Shown here one piece after another: positions 58,501 to 64,000 of a stretch of 64,000 nucleotides of DNA; positions within the stretch are counted from its first letter, which is position 1, and every line of letters begins with the position of its first letter. The notes under the pieces were generated by a model. The model was not told the origin of the DNA. It searched no databases and saw only the letters and a list, made by a program, of their open reading frames with translations. A program made the position numbers and the translations under genes. This stretch comes from a virus, in the IMG/VR virus record IMGVR_UViG_3300030099_008323, positions 96,001 to 160,000 of that record; one strand, 5' to 3'.

Positions 58501-58957
58501 CATTTGCATAATATTCAGCATCAAAAAAGACTCCTTCGGGCCCCATGCGCTCAAAAAGACCCAAAGCCTCAACATATGGTCTTAGTTCCATTAAATTATG
58601 ATTTAATATCTTCGACATGTGGTTGACAACCTGAACCATTCCATGTCCTTCGTTGCCTCCAAATCTTTGCACCACATTATCTGGAGTCACACCTTCAAAA
58701 TCATATTTTGTTTTTGTACCACGCGTTTTTCCGCCTCTATCTATTACAAACATGAATCCTGCAGGATTATTTGCTTTCTGAAGACGAAAAGATGTATTAA
58801 CACCGTCTAATTTTACAGAAACAGAGCTTCCTTTTGATTCTTCTTCGTAAAGAGGTATAGCATTTACCGCTTTTACGTAAAAATTAATTAAATCACGGCC
58901 ATTTCTTACCTCACGGCAATCAAATGGATGTGCCATATGTCCAGCAGCACCGCCCAT
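55505..58957 (-). CDS. Fusion: ligase-fold nucleotidyltransferase + HxGH (cytidylyl/adenylyl)transferase + acidic C-terminal region
   Basis: GGAAGHMAHPFD; VKLDG, FDAEY, EGIVI, FKFTG (ligase motifs I, III, IV, V); GGFKPPTNGH...SATRMR. Confidence 0.72.
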   Translation of the reverse strand: MGGAAGHMAHPFDCREVRNGRDLINFYVKAVNAIPLYEEESKGSSVSVKLDGVNTSFRLQKANNPAGFMFVIDRGGKTRGTKTKYDFEGVTPDNVVQRFGGNEGHGMVQVVNHMSKILNHNLMELRPYVEALGLFERMGPEGVFFDAEYYANADDPKGPNAERGYKPVKNNVNYKQNYIAIHRLSEFYTETKETKTGKTKSRRLTRGFYWETVAEINDLLKKKDELLAQRQDTVQIDQLIAAKNNELKAKKQEHQEVLDNLAKAIQRHATELDMPFNVYTKIGVRFKEGLTREMVLRRIEEALNMRVSYNYKKVNEQMSVGPVRINEQTGELEGRTLKELLLSVKENPAHIAYYPDTPGFTADGESVKGKIRTKDDYIKDPKQSAFALKMYEDVMVKGHETGIGPFDIGASPRDAEAINSAVILWHAVRHIGNALKKSIMTDVDLGVEGGDEKHEGIVIQSTDICDGIAFKFTGEFIVDNRGGGFGVTPKGEDIPSDSAEAMHENKFKYGELLESYAIEAAPVAEQQRKVVVLIPGGFKPPTNGHYSMIKQYEKRPDVLKVIVVTGFKPRKEPGLTVTYQQSKAIFDIYGGFSDKVEFKDQGKWPTPMTTCYEFMNDQKFVSQFPGVVFALGASDKGGDKERIKGFYNHFQNKPSTANAEVVDYPPAKALEVDGEAASATRMRQAFVKGDWKTFKKLMPDDNFYDDVIQVLNKQTNSQEVVAEGFFTMNYLFSLVEQAEKEEFTNPEDIIKSKAVDIVLDPKIVGANISDNDLESMISRLSLDIQKKLKVLINQYQKSDEEIKDRAMAVSEQSSVAGGSMAFSPGSNKMEDTLQEKQLRKIIRQAIRIREINKKQNLIDTKLQENKLRKVVRHIITEADIDADTKPAPYSSTPINMLADALSQILPIIKSGLRKLSKPEERQSYRAHVLSKMKSTFGGFESLDARALGALGEGDLTEQESDNKISIELDDPDRVMPSDGKEDARFKKAEMSPEDQLESDFEDFKEEGLDPTGARVAFETINDSNIESVLADKRKALAQNSEYVEQFKNYTLYNIDLWLASFEEDLARTLGQQPAFTGVSTEKPSGAQVAGSAEKFASEVPMSAKRDDNLIGEEDVDVDNNEPAEEQDDEDTTTIDLSVDDTAKQMYDMFV

Positions 58958-58968
58958 ATAATTTCCCC

Positions 58969-59970
58969 TTATTTAGTCCATTTTTTAACTAATCTTTCGA
59001 AAAGTAACTGATCTTTCTTCGAAGTAAAAGATTCATTAAGATTTTCATTAGTTTTTTTAATTTTTTTAGTTTTTTTAATTTTTTTAGTTTTTGTCAGCCC
59101 ATCGATGGCTCTTTTGAGAGCGGCTTTTGCTGAATCGACTCTATCCTTAAGATCTTTATTATCTGGATCTTTTTTAAGCTTTTCTTCAGCTCTTTTTAGC
59201 CTTTTTTCAGCTTCTTCAACTGCAGTCGGCTTCTTTTTAGGCTCAAGATCTTTTGCAGTGCCTTTAAATCTATCAAGCTTGGTAGGATCACCTTCTTCAA
59301 GTTTTTCATCGTGTCTTTTGCCGGCTGAATAATGCCCCTCTTCCATTTCTGCTTCGTCAGTAGTTTCGCCACCAGCTTTGCTAATAATTGCTTGTTGCAA
59401 ACTATCTGGAAGCGTATCTTGATCTCCTATAAGGGCTGGATTCTCATCATACTTTGGTGTCGACAATTGTTTTTCTTGTAGCATCTTGAAAGCTATATCT
59501 GTTAGCTTATCAAGGGCCTCCTCTTGTAAAAGTGACTTAATCATAGTGTTGTTCTCCTTGAGTTGGTCTTCGTAATCTCTAAAAATAAGGCCATTACCTA
59601 ATAAATAGGCTTCAGCCTCCATATTTCGCATATGAGGGTCTTTTTGTGCATATCCAGGGCCAGTTGATACCTCTGAATCAAATTCACCCCTACAATTTTG
59701 TGTGTGGTGCACTAATTCATGTGACAAAGACCGTAAAATATCTTTGACATGACGTTTATCAACATAAATTGTTATTTCTAAGATATTTGGGTCGTAATAA
59801 GCTGTTTTTCCAAAAGGATTTTCAGCATTTTTAACATCTGATACAAAATTAACACCAACTGGCTTGTTAAATCCTAATTTTTTTTGTGCGTATGGCAAAA
59901 AATCAGAGGCATGCCTTACAATATCACCGCACTTGCCAGTTGTATCGTTTATTTTGAACATTTTATTCAT
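58969..59970 (-). CDS. HEXXH zinc metallopeptidase-like protein with charged tail
   Basis: DILRSLSHELVHHTQ...MEAEAY. Confidence 0.7.
   Translation of the reverse strand: MNKMFKINDTTGKCGDIVRHASDFLPYAQKKLGFNKPVGVNFVSDVKNAENPFGKTAYYDPNILEITIYVDKRHVKDILRSLSHELVHHTQNCRGEFDSEVSTGPGYAQKDPHMRNMEAEAYLLGNGLIFRDYEDQLKENNTMIKSLLQEEALDKLTDIAFKMLQEKQLSTPKYDENPALIGDQDTLPDSLQQAIISKAGGETTDEAEMEEGHYSAGKRHDEKLEEGDPTKLDRFKGTAKDLEPKKKPTAVEEAEKRLKRAEEKLKKDPDNKDLKDRVDSAKAALKRAIDGLTKTKKIKKTKKIKKTNENLNESFTSKKDQLLFERLVKKWTK
59050..59088. repeat. 18-bp tandem duplication encoding TKKIKK-TKKIKK-T
   Basis: agtttttttaattttttt x2 + agt. Confidence 0.8.
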
Positions 59971-60920
59971 TAAGCGCCTCCAAAACCAGCAGGTGCCGAT
60001 TTACCACGTTTATAATTAGGTTTTTTTGTATATGGGGGCGTATTTTTTTGCATGCCATGTTTTAAAAGTCTTTTTTTCATTCTAGAATGCCTAGCAAGGT
60101 ACTTTTTTTGGATTGGTTCTATCTCATTAAGGGTGTAAAATCCAGTTTTCTCCTCATTTACGTCTTGATTTAAGAATATTTTGAATTTTCTATGGTATTT
60201 ACCGTCTAATGACATCATTCTATCATAAGAATCTGTCTTTAGTTTATGTAAGAGGTCAATATATTTGTTGTTTCTTAGAAATTTAAAGGCTAGATTCTCG
60301 TTTGAATACTCACCTTTGTCTTCAAGTCCAGATTGACGAAATTTTTTAATCTTTTTTGTTAATTTAGAAGCAATTTCATGTGTTTGTTTGAATTTTTTGA
60401 CGTCAAACATATCCTCAACACGCTCTATCATATCAACAAATGACATTGCCTTTCTTTTTACCATGTCCATATCAAATTTATAGTATTCCGGTGCTAACTT
60501 AACCGGCTCTGCAATCCAACTATCTTTTAGAATTGAATAAACACCTGTTGAGTGGTGCTCTTCTTCGTTATGTTGGACGTAAATTTCAACTTCAAAGCCA
60601 AAAATTTTAATATTATGCTTATTGTTCCACAATGTTGTCTTTGCACTAAAAAAATCTCTAACTAAATCATAGTTATCATTGATATCTGAGAAGTCGACTA
60701 TTAAATGCAAGTCTATGTCTGAATACTTTGTGTAATTGTAGTTAGCTATCGAGCCTGTGAATGTAATATCTTCAATGATTCCATTCTTGAGGTCTAAACT
60801 ATTAAAAAAATCTTCAGCAATTTCAATAAGCTTTTTGCGTATTTTTGGATTTAAAGATTTATTTTGCCAAATTTTTGATTGTAAATCATCATTAACAACA
60901 CCGACTTGATCAAAATTCAT
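59970..60920 (-). CDS. Pol-beta superfamily nucleotidyltransferase
   Basis: TGSIANYNYTKYSDIDLH (GS-x10-DxD) and a third acid in EIYVQ. Confidence 0.85.
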   Translation of the reverse strand: MNFDQVGVVNDDLQSKIWQNKSLNPKIRKKLIEIAEDFFNSLDLKNGIIEDITFTGSIANYNYTKYSDIDLHLIVDFSDINDNYDLVRDFFSAKTTLWNNKHNIKIFGFEVEIYVQHNEEEHHSTGVYSILKDSWIAEPVKLAPEYYKFDMDMVKRKAMSFVDMIERVEDMFDVKKFKQTHEIASKLTKKIKKFRQSGLEDKGEYSNENLAFKFLRNNKYIDLLHKLKTDSYDRMMSLDGKYHRKFKIFLNQDVNEEKTGFYTLNEIEPIQKKYLARHSRMKKRLLKHGMQKNTPPYTKKPNYKRGKSAPAGFGGA

Positions 60921-60995
60921 ATTTTACCTCAAAGTAAATAGTTTTAAAATTTTTACTATGAATATTTTGTTAGTATATTGTAAATGGAGGAAAAA

Positions 60996-61172
60996 ATGAA
61001 ATATTTTTATAATACTGCTAGCATATTTCTGCTTTTGGCAATTTTATTTTTTATCTTGAAAGCACTTTTCAAGATCACCATCAACACTATTGCATCCGTG
61101 TGTAAAATATTTTATTGCACATGCATCGGAGTGCATGGACTTGTTTTTAATTGGAACTCTAGATGGCTATAA
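60996..61172 (+). CDS. Small membrane protein
   Basis: GGAGG RBS, ATG 60996, hydrophobic IFLLLAILFFIL. Confidence 0.5.
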   Translation: MKYFYNTASIFLLLAILFFILKALFKITINTIASVCKIFYCTCIGVHGLVFNWNSRWL

Positions 61173-61400
61173 TTTTTCTAATTTGCCTTCAAGGCGCCCA
61201 ACAATTCTTAGAATCTCACTATTGTTTGTGCGAATAACCGAGATATCCTCTCTGAGGACCTCTATTTCACGCTCAATATCTTTAAATTTTGGTTCATTAA
61301 TTGTTTGTACCCAAAAAATCACGCCAGCAATTGTGGCAATTAGAGCCACAATCAAAGTAAACCAATCTTTAAATGCCTGAATATTTAAATTACTGTTCAT
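61167..61400 (-). CDS. Holin-like single-TM coiled-coil protein
   Basis: FTLIVALIATIAGVIFWV TM followed by a heptad coil; lies near the endolysin. Confidence 0.5.
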   Translation of the reverse strand: MNSNLNIQAFKDWFTLIVALIATIAGVIFWVQTINEPKFKDIEREIEVLREDISVIRTNNSEILRIVGRLEGKLEKL

Positions 61401-61626
61401 ATTTAGACCCCGATCGTTTTTTTATTTTCTTTTCAACTCTTTGTAGGCGTTTCATAATCTTTTTTTGTTGATTTTTTACATTTACAGAATCTTTTTTATG
61501 AACTACTTTTACAATCTTAGGCGTTGCGGCTACAACTATTAAAGAATTTATAAAAATACTAACAGCAAAAAATAAAAAAGAACAAAAAAGATATTTATTA
61601 AGAATTTTTTTGCTACACGTTAGCAC
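61390..61626 (-). CDS. Small TM protein with basic C-terminus
   Basis: GGAGG RBS, GTG start, YLFCSFLFFAVSIFINSLIVVA. Confidence 0.6.
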   Translation of the reverse strand: MLTCSKKILNKYLFCSFLFFAVSIFINSLIVVAATPKIVKVVHKKDSVNVKNQQKKIMKRLQRVEKKIKKRSGSKYEQ

Positions 61627-61672
61627 TTTACGATTCCTCCGACTTATTTAAATAGTCCCCAGAAATACAATT

Positions 61673-61876
61673 ATGCAAGATATAAACCCCGGCGATATAG
61701 TAACACTTAAAGGTCTCAGCAAACAAAAAGAAAAACCCCTTGGAATTGTTAAAAGAAAGCTAGATAGAAAAACTTTTGAAATATTTTGGATTAACGAGGG
61801 AATAGCAACAAGATTTGCTTTAGTTGATATGGCTAAATCTCATAGATTAGAAATTATTAGCCAAGCTGCTCAATAA
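61673..61876 (+). CDS. Small beta-barrel-like hypothetical protein
   Basis: INPGDIVTLKG...LGIV...FEIFW pattern. Confidence 0.55.
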   Translation: MQDINPGDIVTLKGLSKQKEKPLGIVKRKLDRKTFEIFWINEGIATRFALVDMAKSHRLEIISQAAQ

Positions 61877-62705
61877 TATCCTTCAAATCTAGACCGGCAC
61901 AATCAATTTTATTCCTTGTTAGATGATAGTGACAAACTACACCTTTGTATTTTCCCTTAGAGGCTTCTGGTACAACTCCATTGTTTGTCATGTTTTCATT
62001 AATCATTGGTGTTTGAAGGGGAATATTGTAGTGTCCACACAAAACTTCAATTAGTTTTTTGTAAGCTTCAATTTGTATCCTATAATACCCTAAGTGCGGT
62101 TTAAGCCTGATGCCGTGAACTTTACTGTCTTTGCAAATCGGTCTAGGCCCGAAACCTCTTTTTTGATACCAGTCTTGATATTTTGTATAATAAGCATTTG
62201 AAAAATCAACACCAATAGAGTATTTGTTAACTTTTCCTGCATGCCAGGCAACATGGTTTGTATCAACATATTGATGGATCACACCATCATTGTCAATACA
62301 AAAATGTGTAGATATTTTTCTCGCCTGTAAAACACGCTTACACCTTTCTGCAGACGTTGTTGCATCCCAGTGTGTAACAATCATATTTGGATTTCTCTCA
62401 CGTCTCCATTTTCTGTAACAATTAGAAGGCATTAAATCTTGCTTAACATCCCACTCAATATCAACTTGTTGTCCGTTGATTAGTAAATAATTATCTGATT
62501 CTTGTAAATCTCGCTCAGCCAACAATCTTCTAAATGTATTAGGACCAACTTTGCCATCTACACTTAAATCATGTAACATTTGAAAATGTTTGATACTTTG
62601 TATTAAATCAGAATTAATATCATGTATATTGGGGTTAAGCCAAGACGGATGCCACCCATATTTTTTCGATGATCTTTTATTGTAATTAATTAATAACCAT
62701 TCCAT
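61857..62705 (-). CDS. N-acetylmuramoyl-L-alanine amidase (Amidase_2) with N-terminal peptidoglycan-binding domain; endolysin
   Basis: IKHFQ..HDL.VDGKVGPNT; IVTHW, STHF.ID.DG.I.QYV, AWHAG, CH...KIDC Zn ligands. Confidence 0.9.
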   Translation of the reverse strand: MEWLLINYNKRSSKKYGWHPSWLNPNIHDINSDLIQSIKHFQMLHDLSVDGKVGPNTFRRLLAERDLQESDNYLLINGQQVDIEWDVKQDLMPSNCYRKWRRERNPNMIVTHWDATTSAERCKRVLQARKISTHFCIDNDGVIHQYVDTNHVAWHAGKVNKYSIGVDFSNAYYTKYQDWYQKRGFGPRPICKDSKVHGIRLKPHLGYYRIQIEAYKKLIEVLCGHYNIPLQTPMINENMTNNGVVPEASKGKYKGVVCHYHLTRNKIDCAGLDLKDIIEQLG

Positions 62706-62709
62706 TACA

Positions 62710-63261
62710 TCAACCTCTCAATCTTATATATATTTTTTTATTTTCATCGCTTTCAGTACCAAGAGTCATTTGAATTGATTTTAAATATGGCTTAGATAAG
62801 CTGCCTTTAGAATTAAAATCATTTATTTGTTGCATTGAAAAAAAACCATATTCTGTGTGTTCATCGCTAAGCTTTACCTCGCCACCACCAAATGCAGCCT
62901 GAAAAAATACTTTGTTGCCGTGGTTGTAATGAAGCGCTTTTGGTTCAAACACATTAAGTCCTGTTTCTTCGAACACCTCTCTTTCCAAAGCAGACAAAAT
63001 ATTCTCGTCGCTTTTCATATGTCCACCAGGCAAATCCCAGCCCATATCATTTTTTAATAAAAGTACTTTTCCATTTCTGTGCATAACAACTTTAACTGAT
63101 TTTGATAGATCCTCTCCGGTTGCTTGTTGTTTGTCTGCTGGATATATATTTTTAACATATCCTAAATTATTTCCAATTGTTCCAGCTAGGCTCGGGCGAT
63201 CTCCACCAAAATATGTGAGTTCATTAATATAGCCCCTCCAACTTTCAAATAATTTTTTCAT
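62710..63261 (-). CDS. NUDIX hydrolase with type-A leader
   Basis: MKKLFESWRGYINE; WDLPGGHMKSDENILSALEREVFEETGL Nudix box. Confidence 0.9.
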   Translation of the reverse strand: MKKLFESWRGYINELTYFGGDRPSLAGTIGNNLGYVKNIYPADKQQATGEDLSKSVKVVMHRNGKVLLLKNDMGWDLPGGHMKSDENILSALEREVFEETGLNVFEPKALHYNHGNKVFFQAAFGGGEVKLSDEHTEYGFFSMQQINDFNSKGSLSKPYLKSIQMTLGTESDENKKIYIRLRG

Positions 63262-63264
63262 ATG

Positions 63265-64000
63265 CTATTTTATCTCTTCAGGTGGCCCGGTGAAGGTGTA
63301 GGATGAATTCTCAAGTTTTCTAATAGCCGGTATTACTTCATCGTATAGCTCTTTTACTCTTTTTCTAGCATTCTTATATCCTATTTTTGCAGATTCATAG
63401 TTTTTTTCCCAGTTTTTCTTCTCATTTTTATCAGTGCTAGGGTCATCGACATCAGGCTTAGCAATATTTTTTTTGTCACTAATGTATTTTTTTACATTTT
63501 CATCAATGCCATATAATCTTACATGGAAGTGGTGAAAATGATTTTTTTCATGCCTAACTTTTGTCCCAAATATTTTTCTACTCAGCCACCTTTTTGATCT
63601 TTTTCCTGCTTTGATATCCTGCTTAAGCTTTTGTTTAATAGCAGCAATAATTTTTTCATCTATAAATATATACTCAACTATAAATTCTGTGCCTGCGCCC
63701 GGACCATACAAGCAATGCGCTATGAAATTTATACATGCATCAATATCAATTTTTGATACGTCCCTACCTAGATTATCAAAATTCCAAGACTCTTTAGAGC
63801 CTCTTCTTTTATCTGAAACACTCATTTTTACTTTTCTTGTCGGTACGTATCCCTTTAAAGGCACATCACCTGTTATTTCTTTTCCTTTGAATTCTTGTTC
63901 CGATAAAGTTGGTACTGACATATCAACGTCTAGACCCCATCTATGACTGCCATGGCCGTAGATCTTTGTACCTAGCTTATATCTACCGATATCTAGTTTG
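63265..64000 (-). CDS. MepA-like (M74/LAS) murein endopeptidase, 5' end outside window
   Basis: Frame stays open upstream of the track start (63921) to the edge: ...GHGSHRWGLDVDM (HxSHxxGxDxD) and HFHHFHVR (HxH). Confidence 0.78.
   Translation of the reverse strand, partial: KLDIGRYKLGTKIYGHGSHRWGLDVDMSVPTLSEQEFKGKEITGDVPLKGYVPTRKVKMSVSDKRRGSKESWNFDNLGRDVSKIDIDACINFIAHCLYGPGAGTEFIVEYIFIDEKIIAAIKQKLKQDIKAGKRSKRWLSRKIFGTKVRHEKNHFHHFHVRLYGIDENVKKYISDKKNIAKPDVDDPSTDKNEKKNWEKNYESAKIGYKNARKRVKELYDEVIPAIRKLENSSYTFTGPPEEIK

Larger units (their letters stand above)
42712..61656. promoter_or_regulatory. Recurrent intergenic motif nCTA(T/A/G)TTA(A/T/C), candidate phage promoter
   Basis: Gene-sense copies: + at 42712, 50559, 51984 (variant); - at 42776-84, 44511-19, 45589-97, 60934-42, 61648-56. 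Confidence 0.45.

Noticed and set aside
59050-59088. 18-bp tandem duplication as a phase-variation switch
   Set aside because: In frame, in a low-complexity Lys tail; most simply slippage.
55505-63261. A complete NARP1/NARP2 NAD-reconstitution pathway
   Set aside because: No Adps/PRPP-synthase-like, Namat or Nampt gene in the window; only an HxGH domain and a NUDIX, so the call is unsupported.
11016-63946. Other short plus-strand ORFs opposite long minus genes, and minus ORFs opposite the tail fibres
   Set aside because: Fully nested antisense to well-supported genes, with no motifs.
1-64000. Giant eukaryotic virus (NCLDV) origin, suggested by the glycan enzymes and GT47
   Set aside because: Shine-Dalgarno sites, overlapping operonic genes, a sigma-like gene, an amidase endolysin and S74 fibres indicate a bacteriophage.
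1-64000. Stop-codon reassignment
   Set aside because: Genes are full length in code 11, and TAA, TAG and TGA all terminate intact conserved proteins.

Overview
AT-rich, densely coding, mostly minus-strand segment of a large tailed bacteriophage (myovirus-like, probably aquatic, Gram-negative host; inferred from GGAG Shine-Dalgarno sites, ATGA/TAATG gene coupling, a sigma-like gene, S74 tail fibres and an amidase endolysin). Left to right: (1) 1-16.1 kb, putative virion/baseplate genes, including a >3,560-aa ORF that runs off the left edge and is absent from the ORF track; (2) a sigma-factor-like gene and small conserved genes; (3) a ~21-kb nucleotide-sugar/glycosyltransferase island (17.9-39.3 kb) with a five-step heptose-like module and a ColD-like dehydratase, ThDP enzyme, PanB, two radical SAM enzymes and several GTs; (4) a PD-(D/E)XK nuclease, PIN-PhoH, lipoprotein protease, SPOUT methyltransferase and a tRNA-Ile with the rare UAU anticodon; (5) nine consecutive small genes (45.9-49.9 kb), plus a distant NUDIX gene, sharing two conserved N-terminal leaders ending in [ILV]-x-E, reminiscent of T4 capsid-targeting sequences; (6) two plus-strand S74 tail-fibre genes and a bidirectional terminator; (7) an operon with an RNA-ligase-like/HxGH-nucleotidyltransferase fusion, an HEXXH protein and a Pol-beta nucleotidyltransferase; (8) lysis and peptidoglycan-hydrolase genes, the last one truncated by the right edge. 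Best candidates for new biology are the leader-tagged head-cargo system and the branched dideoxy-sugar pathway. All family calls come from motifs read by eye; no database search was run.
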